A stretch of DNA of 47,817 nt, counting the filler, from Stramenopiles sp. TOSAG23-2 (taxonomy: Eukaryota): assembly GCA_900128395.1 (NCBI GenBank). It is 2 parts of 2 records of this genome, joined end to end, with 100 filler letters (N's around TTAATTAATTAA, not from the genome) between each part and the next. Parts side by side here need not be neighbours in the genome. Positions count along the whole stretch, not along the records: positions 1 to 23,882 come from LT649478.1; 1 more part is not named here. One strand, written 5' to 3'. The notes below the pieces were generated by a model. It made no database searches and was not told where the DNA came from. It worked only from the letters and a program-made list of their open reading frames with translations. The position numbers and the translations under genes are program-made. Within the stretch, counting starts at the first letter, position 1, and each line of letters begins with the position of its first letter. This document shows positions 1-9,724 of this stretch, one piece after another.

Positions 1-286
1 ATTTTATTTATCTACCTATCGCAATATATTTTATTTTTTTTTTTTTTTTTCGTTTCAGGCTCTCTAAATTCGTATCGACTGTGTGCAACTTTTAAAAAAA
101 AGGCACTTGAAATATTACACCTGCTAGATCCCTAGTAATATCCGATATTAGAAAAGCTGGCCCAGCTGGAAATGGAGGAGAATACATTTATATGTTTAGT
201 GCTTTATTATATATTTAGAAAAGTGAAAAACAAATTATATTATTACTTCTTACGATTATATATATACATATATACGTTCCGAATTT

Positions 287-554
287 CATATAGTTAGTAT
301 TTATATTGTTAGAAAAATAATAGTAATAAACAAGCATGAGACGACGTTCAGCAGCGTTTATGGGAGGGCCCAACCCAACTTTACAAAAGAAAAGCGAAAC
401 AAGAACATCGTTAACACCGTCATATAGTTAGTATTTATATTGTTAGAAAAATAATAGTAATAAACAAGCATGAGACGACGTTCAGCAGCGTTTATGGGAG
501 GGCCCAACCCAACTTTACAAAAGAAAAGCGAAACAAGAACATCGTTAACACCGT
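287..554. repeat. Exact 134-bp tandem duplication spanning the PP2C start codon
   Basis: 287-420 = 421-554. The first copy gives a short upstream ORF from ATG 336 (MRRRSAAF...TPSYS*). Confidence 0.95.
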
Positions 555-1555
555 TTGCGCTTCAACTTTTAGGAGATAACGCAAATAATGATAATAGTAT
601 TAGTAATAACAATAATAATTATGAGGGAAAATCATCGAACAATGATAACAACAACAATAATAATAATAACGGGGCGAAAAAACAACGTACTTTCATTTTA
701 AGCGCTGGTGCTCATGGCGAACAAGGTTACCGTAGAACTATGGAAGATGAACATGTCATGGAGTTATACTTAAATACGACTGGCTTAAATAAGCAACCAT
801 GTAAATTTTTTGGTGTATTTGATGGTCATGGTGGTACACAATGTAGTATATATATTAAAGACAATATCGTAGAAGTCTTAACAGAGGAATTAAATAAAAT
901 AGATGTGATTAATGATATAAATGACCAAGACGAGCAAGTGAAACAAGCGTTAACAAATACTTTCTTAAAAGTTGACGAAGACTTTTTAGCGAAATGTAAA
1001 GAAGAAAGTTATACAAATGTTGGATCAACTGTAACTACTTTATTAGTCGTTGGAAATCGTGCATATTGTGCAAACTGTGGAGACTCAAGAACGGTGCTTT
1101 CGCGTGGTGGTACGGCAATAGCATTATCACAAGACCATAAACCTAAAGTACCTTCAGAGGAACGTCGTATTGTAGATGCCGGCGGTAGAGTATTTCATGG
1201 CCGTGTTTGGGGTGTGTTAGCTGTATCCCGTGCATTTGGTGATGCAGATTTTAAAATTGGTAGCGATATGTTAGATGAATTCGAAATTACTGCAAGTCTA
1301 GTTATAGCAGATCCAGAATTCCAAATAATTGAACTTGGTGAATCTGATGATTTCGTTATTTTAGCGTGTGATGGTCTTTGGGACGTTATGGAGAACGATA
1401 GAGCTGTGCAATGGGTTCAAGAACAAATCAACAAGCAAGAAGAGGAGCATAGTTATGCAGATCTGGATCAAATAGCAAGATTGATGACTAAAGTATCTAT
1501 TGAACAATTAAATTCAAGAGATAATGTAAGTATTATGATAGTAAAAATCGAATAG
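470..1555 (+). CDS. PP2C/PPM-family Ser/Thr protein phosphatase with an Asn-rich N-terminus
   Basis: Motifs RRTMED, FFGVFDGHGG, ANCGDSR, DHKP, LAVSRAFGD, ILACDGLWDV and SRDNVS; single exon. Confidence 0.95.
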   Translation: MRRRSAAFMGGPNPTLQKKSETRTSLTPFALQLLGDNANNDNSISNNNNNYEGKSSNNDNNNNNNNNGAKKQRTFILSAGAHGEQGYRRTMEDEHVMELYLNTTGLNKQPCKFFGVFDGHGGTQCSIYIKDNIVEVLTEELNKIDVINDINDQDEQVKQALTNTFLKVDEDFLAKCKEESYTNVGSTVTTLLVVGNRAYCANCGDSRTVLSRGGTAIALSQDHKPKVPSEERRIVDAGGRVFHGRVWGVLAVSRAFGDADFKIGSDMLDEFEITASLVIADPEFQIIELGESDDFVILACDGLWDVMENDRAVQWVQEQINKQEEEHSYADLDQIARLMTKVSIEQLNSRDNVSIMIVKIE

Positions 1556-1749
1556 AAGAGAACACGTTAATGTTATATTTTATTATTAAATACATTATAA
1601 TATTGATGCATCTTTTATACGAAATGAACATCATAATGTAAGTATTATGATAGTAAAAATCGAATAGAAGAGAACACGTTAATGTTATATTTTATTATTA
1701 AATACATTATAATATTGATGCATCTTTTATACGAAATGAACATCATAAT
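1521..1749. repeat. Exact 112-bp tandem duplication spanning the PP2C stop codon
   Basis: 1521-1632 = 1633-1744, with 5-nt junction microhomology (ATAAT). Confidence 0.95.
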
Positions 1750-2283
1750 AGTTTTTCATGTAATTTTTCAAGGATGTCTTTTTTATAAAGTTTGAGATTA
1801 TAGTTTTGTATATTTTTGTCCCCAACAGAGTGCACATCTGATGTTATGCGAGCGTATGTGTGTATCGTTCTGATCCATATGGTATCATTATATTTTATTT
1901 AAAATAAAAATACTAATAAAAATATCCCATTGTATCATACCATTATATCACGTTTTTAATCTACTCTCATACTTCTAGGATAATATCTGATCTGTGTTAT
2001 CCAAGAGGAGTTTCTTTTCTGATTGAAATACTTTGTCCACGCAAAGAGAGGTAAAATGTATATATATATATATTAAATATATATATAAAACACATTTGTA
2101 AAAATATGAAGTTACGTGCACACAGAGGTGTGTTAAAATACAAATTGACACTTTCGACAGAGATGTGTCAATGGCCACACTATTAACATTAGATATATTT
2201 TATAAAAAATCAAAGGTTTTTAGTTTCTAAAATAATATTATATTAAAATTTGTATACCCATACACGCACACATACAGTCCTCT

Positions 2284-2498
2284 TTTAACTTTCTACTACA
2301 GCTGCAAATCCTTCAATTTATCATTAACAATATTTTTAACATATGATCCTATTAATTAAATTTATTTCTTGCCTTTCTTCTTTTTCTTCTTTAACTTTCT
2401 ACTACAGCTGCAAATCCTTCAATTTATCATTAACAATATTTTTAACATATGATCCTATTAATTAAATTTATTTCTTGCCTTTCTTCTTTTTCTTCTTT
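2284..2498. repeat. Exact 106-bp tandem duplication spanning the RPL13 stop codon
   Basis: Period 106, identical copies. Confidence 0.93.
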
Positions 2499-3112
2499 TT
2501 ACCAGCATTTGCTGCTTCTTCCTCAGCTTTTTCAATAGCACGACGTGCACGGATACCAATCATACGAGCATCACTTCTTGCTTTACGTTGTACTTGGTAT
2601 ACACTAGAATCAGATTTTGGAATATCTGCAAATTCAACAGCACCAGATCCAGTAGAAACTGGCATGATTTCGCCAACAAGTTGTTGTGCCATTGATGTGT
2701 CGCCACTTCCACCTTTTTTGTTACTACCACGTGGGAAAACAATCAAACGTTGTTTGTATGCTTTAAGGCGATCAACATTTTGTTGAAGGGACTCAACACT
2801 TTTGTTTTTTCTGCGTGCATCAACAGCAATACCAATATTCAATGCATCTTTTCTGTTAATACCTGCAGCTTTCAACTCCTCCAAGGTGAAACCACGTCCT
2901 TGACGTAATTTCATGTTGTATTTTTGGGTTGGACATCTAACAACAGGTCTGAAAAGTCCTGCAGCTGGACGTGGTGCAATAGCAGCAGCTTTTGCTTTAC
3001 GAGCTAAACGACGACGTTTTTTACGTGCTGGCTGATCCAATGTTACACGTACACGCTCTTGCCAATGCTTTTTAAAATGCGCGTTTGGTACGACGTTATT
3101 ATGTTTAACCAT
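2468..3112 (-). CDS. RPL13: 60S ribosomal protein L13 (eL13)
   Basis: MVKHNNVVPNAHFKKHWQ, RPVVRCPTQKYN, GRGFTLEELKAAGI and GIAVDARRKN are hallmark eL13 motifs. Confidence 0.98.
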   Translation of the reverse strand: MVKHNNVVPNAHFKKHWQERVRVTLDQPARKKRRRLARKAKAAAIAPRPAAGLFRPVVRCPTQKYNMKLRQGRGFTLEELKAAGINRKDALNIGIAVDARRKNKSVESLQQNVDRLKAYKQRLIVFPRGSNKKGGSGDTSMAQQLVGEIMPVSTGSGAVEFADIPKSDSSVYQVQRKARSDARMIGIRARRAIEKAEEEAANAGKKKKKKKGKK

Positions 3113-3298
3113 CTTGTCTTATGTAAATTATAATGAGTATATATATATTGAAAAAGAATAAAAACGTTTTAAAGTAATTATAATCTATGTATGTACGTTA
3201 TTATGTTTAACCATCTTGTCTTATGTAAATTATAATGAGTATATATATATTGAAAAAGAATAAAAACGTTTTAAAGTAATTATAATCTATGTATGTAC
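3093..3298. repeat. Exact 102-bp tandem duplication spanning the RPL13 start codon
   Basis: Period 102, identical copies. Confidence 0.93.
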
Positions 3299-3720
3299 TT
3301 ATCCACTTGTTAGTGTGTAACATATTCTATATATGTATAGTACGATATGTATATATATAATATATATTTTATAATATCTATAGTACTGTCATGATATTGT
3401 ACTGCCTCCTCATAGTATAGAGGTAGGGGGGGGAATAGATCTACATCCATTAGTGTTATCATAGTACATTATACCCCTTAATATTAATCATCGACTAACA
3501 GGTACAATAATAATGTACTTATATACTCCTAGATACACAACGAACTCGTACATAATAATGTACTCTATACAACATGAGTAGCTACTCTAGGCACACCCAA
3601 ACTCGTAGCAAATGATCTTAATATTAAGGAATATTATGTATAATATAAAACCTCCCATAAAGTATCACTTCTTGTACTGATGAATGTACTGATATATACT
3701 ATATAACTTGAGCTACTAAT

Positions 3721-3766
3721 AGAAACGAATAAAGGATTGGTTGGGAGAATTGGTTCAGAAACGAAT
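3721..3766. promoter_or_regulatory. Candidate core of a bidirectional RPL13/RPS16 promoter (CCAAT boxes)
   Basis: Two ATTGG (reverse CCAAT) at 3736 and 3749, bracketed by the direct repeat AGAAACGAAT (3721, 3757), between divergent ribosomal protein genes. Confidence 0.4.
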
Positions 3767-4095
3767 GGTTGTGAATTCTACTTCATGCTATACTCATACT
3801 ATTTAATAAAAACAAATGATATAGAAATACCACCTTGGGATCACATATAACCCTATAATACAACACTATTATAGAACTAGGGAGTATATCTTGGATTAGT
3901 ATACTATAAAACACATTTAAGTAAAACAATTCTCATTGTTTTTATTCCATTTGAGATGAAATTTACTATCCGGATAGAACCAGATAAATATGTACATATA
4001 GAGTAAGAGATAGAAATAGTTCTACAGAGAGAAGATATAGATAAAGATAGATAAACAAATATATATATATAAAAGAATAATATAAGAAGAAAAAG

Positions 4096-4521
4096 ATGTC
4101 TCAATCAGTACAATGCTTCGGAAGAAAACGTAATGCCACCGCAGTTGCACATTGCAAAACTGGACGTGGTGTTATCAAAGTTAATGGCAGACCAATTGAC
4201 CTTGTTGAACCAAAAGGTTTAAAACTTAAAGTGTATGAACCTATATTAATCCTTGGACAAGACAGATTCAGTCCAGTGGATATCCGCGTGCGTGTTAAAG
4301 GAGGTGGTCAATCCGCACAAATCTATGCAATCCGTCAAGCCATTGCAAAAAGTCTTGTTGCATATTACCAAAAATATATTGATGAAAGTTCCAAGAACGA
4401 AATCAAAGAAATTCTTCTAGCATATGACAGGACTTTGTTAGTAGCAGATCCACGCCGTTGTGAACCAAAGAAATTCGGTGGTCCATCTGCACGTGCACGT
4501 TACCAAAAATCTTATCGTTAA
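4096..4521 (+). CDS. RPS16: 40S ribosomal protein S16 (uS9)
   Basis: [31 protein letters not shown] and [24 protein letters not shown]. Confidence 0.98.
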   Translation: MSQSVQCFGRKRNATAVAHCKTGRGVIKVNGRPIDLVEPKGLKLKVYEPILILGQDRFSPVDIRVRVKGGGQSAQIYAIRQAIAKSLVAYYQKYIDESSKNEIKEILLAYDRTLLVADPRRCEPKKFGGPSARARYQKSYR

Positions 4522-4892
4522 ATATTTATATTTTTATACCATGCATATTATGTTATATGTTGCGAAACAATTACCAGGTAGGATAATAAAAAGAAAAAAA
4601 ATATATAAAAAAGGGTTGTTGTTTTTAAAACAAATAATATACATATACTTGTAAAATATTTTTCCATATATATTTATATATAGGCATACTGTACTTATTA
4701 GTTATTAGAAAATATTATTCTACTTATAGTAAGAAATTAATATGGTTTTTATATGATATTACAACCAACACAACAAATCTCAAAACAGTATATAATGACC
4801 GATTCTCTCACATATACATATCTCCTCCTTTCACACACACACCCTATACATCATTTTTAAATATATATTTTTAAATATATTTTATCATATAT

Positions 4893-7800
4893 TTATAATG
4901 AATCTATTGTTGCAACAATCTTTTGCATACGCTTTTTTTTCTTCTTTGTAGATCTCAGGAAATCTTTTTCTTCATATTTTTTCTTCCTACGTTTTGTATT
5001 TAATGATAAGAAACTTTGTATTTTCCCTTCATCTAAAGTTCCTACATCACCAATAATAGAACGATTTCTAGAAGAAGAAGAAACGCTTCTTGATTTTCGT
5101 TTCAATAACTTTTTTCCTGATACTTGTTGTTGTTGCTTTTTTCGAAGTGCTTTTGTATTATTGCCAACTATAGTGGATTTAAAATTCATACCATCATTTG
5201 ACAATTTTTTCTTTATTACGACTTCTTCCCAACGAACACACCCATCTTTGCTTATAGATGTAATACGCCATTTAGTACCATCGTTCTCTATTGTTTCCAT
5301 CCCGACATATTCAAGTTCTTCCTCCTCGTCTTCCTTTCTCTTCTTGTTTTGTTTCTTCGCTGAGGCCGACATATCGTCATCTGATCTTTTTCTTTTTTTG
5401 ATATCGGTCTCTATTGTTTCCATCCCGACATATTCAAGTTCTTCCTCCTCGTCTTCCTTTCTCTTCTTGTTTTGTTTCTTCGCTGAGGCCGACATATCGT
5501 CATCTGATCTTTTTCTTTTTTTGATATCGGATTTTATAGTTCTTCCATTTTTATCATTCGATGATGATAAAATACCGTGTTTTTTAGGTGTTTTCAATGA
5601 ACTACCTGCACCGTGTTTGTGAAGCGGGGCGTTTGAAGCTAAACTTGCGCCAGCTCTTAAATTCGCAATATTATTATTATTATTGTTGTTTATGTTCTTA
5701 TTATTACTATTGTTATTAATGTTCATATTATCCTTTCGTTTTTTTTGTATTTTTTGACGTTTTCGTTTTTCTTGAACTTTTTGACGTTTTAATAATAACA
5801 CATCAGGGGATAATGATGGACAATCACTGGATTCATGTCCAATTTTCTTACAAAAATAACATGCTACAGCTGGTACAACTACTGTTTCTTTCGCGCTTAT
5901 AATACATTTACTAAAAAGACTTGGGCAATCGCTGGATGTATGCCCATTTTTTTTGCAAAAATACTGGTACAACTACTGTTTCTTTCGCGCTTATAATACA
6001 TTTACTAAAAAGACTTGGGCAATCGCTGGATGTATGCCCATTTTTTTTGCAAAAATAACATACCAATGTTGTTGTTTTTGCTGTCATTCCCCCTGCAAAT
6101 ACTTCTTTTTTCTCATCAATGATAAGAATAGAATCTTTCAGTTTTTTCTTCTTTTTTATTACTTCTTTCCAATTAAGCTTAAGTCCATTATCAGTTATTG
6201 ATATTATTCGCCATGTTGCACCTTTTTCATCTAGGACCTCTTTGCCAACATAGTCACCATCTTCTTCGTCATCAATAATATCATTTGTATTACCTGCACT
6301 GTGTTTGTGACGCGGGGTGTATGATGCTAAACTTGCACCAGGTCTTAAATTTGCATTCTTATTATTCTTTTTACTTGCAGCGTGTTTCTGGAGCGAAGCG
6401 TATTTATTTTCTGTTGGAAGGTGTGTATATAAGTTATTGTTGTTATTACCCTTTTCTTTTTTTTGTTGAAGAGATAATTTTTTGGCACTTTTAGTTTTTA
6501 TTGCTTCATCTCGTTGCTCCGCTAATATTACTTGGTGTTTCATCTTTTCTTCATCTGCCTTCTTCTTCTTCTCTTCCATTAAATCTTTTTTCGCTCGTTG
6601 CTCCGCTAATACTACTTGGAGTTTCATCTTTTCTTCATCTGCCTTCTTCTTCTTCTTTTCCATTAAATCTTTTTTCGCTCGTTGCTCCGCTAATATTACT
6701 TGAAGTTTCATCTTTTCTTCATCTGCCTTCTTCTTCTTCTCTTCCATTAAATCTTTTTTCGCTCGTTGCTCCGCTAATATTACTTGAAGTTTCATCTTTT
6801 CTTCATCTGCCTTCTTCTTCTTCTCTTCCATTAAATCTTTTTTCACTCGCAATGATCGACAACGTTTGGCCAATCGCATGAACTCACGCCCAATAAAACA
6901 TTTTCGCATGTTCTTAACCTGTTTTTTTAATCCCTTTAAATAAGGAGACATTATATTGTTCCATGCATCATTTTCGATATGAAGCTTTTTTAAATAATAT
7001 TTAAACTGTCTTTCTAATACTATTCTTTCTTTTTTCTCTTTCACTTCCCTTTCTTCAGTTGTGAGACGACGTGGTATAATTCTTTGTTTTTGTGCATTAT
7101 AATACTCTTCTAGCTCAATTTTCATCCTCTTAATTTCCACATTAAGCAGTTCTGACGTTTTTGGCATTTGTTTATCAATACTTGCACCGTGTTCTCCAAT
7201 ACCTGCACCAGGTTTGTGAAGCGGAGTGCATGATGCTAACTGTCTCTTCAGCTTTAGATATTCTCTTTGTGTTGTTTTGAATGAACTACCTGCACCTTCT
7301 TTGTTACGCGGAGTGTATAATGCTAAACTTGCATCAGGTCTTAAATTTGCCTTTTTATTATTCTTTTTACTTGCACCATCTTTCTGGAGCAAAGCGTATT
7401 TATTTTCTGTTGGATGGTGTGTATATAAGTTATTATTGTTATTACCCTTTCGTTTTTTTTGAAGGGATAATTTTTTGACACTTTTAGTTTTTATTGCTAA
7501 TCTTGCACCAGTATCTTCACACGCTTGGGTTCTCTTCTTTTTTTCAGCAAAAGTTCTTTCCCGTTTCTCTTCAACTTTTTGACGTTTTGGTAATACCACA
7601 CGAGATAATTTTTTGACGCTTTTAGTATTTATTACTCGCTTTTTACTGCGAGCGCTTCTTACTTCCTCGCAAGTAGGATTATTCCAAAAATTTTTATATT
7701 CTTCATGACGTATTAACTCCTTTCTCGTTTCAAGATCTAAAACACTCGTACTATGGAATTTCTTTTCTTGTAAATCCTTTTTATCCATTTTTTTCAATAC

Positions 7801-8844
7801 TAGACGACCTCGCTTCTCATAAATTGTTGCATCCTTACTATATACAACGTTTTTTACGTGATTGACAAGAGATTTTACAGATTTGAAGTTATATGTATCA
7901 CAGAAACCTTTTTTCCTTTTGAATAAGTTTTTGATTTTTTTTTGTTTGCAATAAGACCGAATTACACTTTCGATATGATTCCAAACCCAATTTTCCTCCT
8001 CTATTCCATCAAATGCTTTGGAGCGTAGCGCGTAAAAATGAGAGATGTGTTAGAGAGGATATGTACATGAAAAAAAAAAAAAAAAGACAGAGAGATATAA
8101 ATATAATAAATATATTCATGTGTTAGAGAGGACATCGTTTTTTTTTTACGTTTTAAGGGAATAAAATTACTTACGACTATTGGCAGTATTAGATTTAAAA
8201 CGATCAAATAAATTTGATTTTTGAAGTATTGGTACTATCGTCGCCCCAACAAATTTTCCCCAATTAGGAAACCATTGCTTACTTTGCTGATATGTTGTTG
8301 CCCTTTGCTCCCTAAAAGAATGAGTTAACCAAGCTTTTACTTTACCCGGCGTTAACGACACTCCTTCATATGCATGCCTTTTAAATAACAAGAGATACAA
8401 CATGACAATCGATGGAGTCCTAGAACGCCCACTTCGACAAAAATATACGATATTATCTTCCGTCAAATTTAGTAGATACATAATCGTAGCATGTTCAATA
8501 AAAAATTTCTGTGTATTTATAATATCAGTTCGATTTAGGGGCGTTTCACTTTCAGCAATTTTGGCTGAATTCTCAATCAAATGAGAAACTTTTACAGAGT
8601 ATTCGTTTCCTTCCTTTTTTTGTTTATCGACACAATTTATCATACAGTTTTTTTTAGTTTGATTGGCATGATCTCTCCTCCAACTTGGTTGCTCCGCCCA
8701 ATGTTTTGTAGTTACTATTATACGATGTGACGTTTCTGGATCAAATAACTTAAAAAATTCATTTGGATTGTGTTCGTTTATTTTACGGGTATACGTTGTT
8801 GATGTTGTTGTTGTTGTTGTGGTGGTGGTAGTAGTAGTTGCCAT
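4893..8844 (-). CDS. Spliced ~1230-aa protein: N-terminal CX5R (PTP/dual-specificity-like) phosphatase domain, Lys-rich repeats and CCHC zinc knuckles. Exons 8844-8175 and 8015-4893; frame broken by a 94-bp duplication at 5870-6057
   Basis: YFCRSGRSRT P-loop. The GT-AG intron 8174-8016 joins ...ANS-P-FDGIEEENWVW in frame to the 5911-7797 ORF. CYFCKKNGHTSSDC knuckles. Removing one 94-bp copy restores the frame into the 4893-5972 ORF. Confidence 0.8.
5285..5530. repeat. Exact 123-bp in-frame tandem duplication (41 aa)
   Basis: DIKKRKRSDDDMSASAKKQNKKRKEDEEEELEYVGMETIE occurs twice with identical DNA. Confidence 0.93.
5870..6057. repeat. Exact 94-bp tandem duplication causing a frameshift
   Basis: 5870-5963 = 5964-6057; it duplicates one zinc knuckle out of frame. 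Confidence 0.93.
6510..6845 (-). repeat. Coding minisatellite, 4 x 84 bp (AKKDLMEEKKKKADEEKMKLQVILAEQR)
   Basis: Period 84 with a few substitutions between units; coiled-coil-like peptide. Confidence 0.92.
8016..8174 (-). mobile_element. Spliceosomal intron of the repeated (Introner-like) family, copy C, with an internal duplication and AT-rich insert
   Basis: GTAAGTAATTTTATTCCCTT...TCCTCTCTAACACATCTCTCAT...ACGCTCCAAAG; phase 1; restores the ORF; similar to both CTR9 introns. Confidence 0.75.
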
Positions 8845-9095
8845 AATGAATTGCAAGAAATATATTCAAATTAATATAGAAAAAAAACTACAACCTGTTC
8901 CATGTAAGTATATTAGTATTTTCCTTTCTTAGTTAAACATATATATTTATAAATTATATAAAAAAAAGATATTACTTCGTTTATATCGATATACTATTAC
9001 CTGCATCAACAACAATGCTATTATTATAATTAATGATGCACAATCTGCACGATGCACCTTTTTCCCAGCCGCATCGCCCAATCCCGATATATTAC

Positions 9096-9269
9096 CTCTC
9101 GAAACAACTCGGGCCATTTCGCCTATGAAAGTTAAGTCTAACTTTCTGTAGTCTTATCTTTACTATAGACATAGCAAAGAAAAGACGGCCTTCACAGCCT
9201 TCACGCCTTCACCAAATTTTATATTTGATAGTAGTGCTGTTCTCATACTAACAAGTGATGTTTCGAGAG
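9096..9269. mobile_element. 174-bp MITE-like element with 11-bp TIRs and a 9-bp TSD
   Basis: CTCTCGAAACA (9096-9106) and TGTTTCGAGAG (9259-9269), flanked by ATATATTAC at 9087-9095 and 9270-9278. Confidence 0.7.
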
Positions 9270-9724
9270 ATATATTACCTGGTACTGTATACTTAGTGAA
9301 GTGCAGCTACTCTGTACTGTAAAATGTGATGGAATGTTTCAATATATAGCACATAGTTATTAGTTGTTTAGTTGTTGTTTTATTTAGTTACGGTTATAAA
9401 TAATAGTATAGCAATTGAAGAAATAAATATAAATATAATAATAAATAATTGAAAATAGTATATATATGCACATATGTATTATATTATAAGTTTATGATTT
9501 ATAGAAGCGAATATTACATTTACAAATCATCCATCCAATCATTCGTTAGATGATACCACATTGACATCCCTGATCTTCGTGTATGTATGTATCTGAAAGT
9601 TTTTTTCGAATCAAATTATACATAAATACATATATATTATAGATATATATATAGATTGTACATACAAATAATTATTAAATAATAGTAAAACATATTTATT
9701 ATTTTAATTATTTTCTAGAACAAA

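Noticed and set aside
1820-2185. Possible snoRNAs: paired CTGA boxes (1838/1870, 1987/2019) and a TTGACAC/GTGTCAA hairpin followed by ACA
   Set aside because: No convincing C box, only low-complexity candidate guides, and a second hairpin too short for H/ACA. An Infernal or snoscan search would be needed.
3600-3700. TGATGA/CTGA words between the ribosomal protein genes as a C/D snoRNA
   Set aside because: The boxes are too close together and there is no terminal stem or clear rRNA guide.
4893-6060. Retrotransposon gag, suggested by the CCHC knuckles
   Set aside because: No protease, reverse transcriptase, integrase or LTRs nearby, and the knuckles belong to a spliced gene with a phosphatase domain.
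6510-6845. Regular repeats resembling a CRISPR array
   Set aside because: Contiguous in-frame coding repeats with no unique spacers, in a eukaryotic gene; the same applies to the DUF285 repeats.
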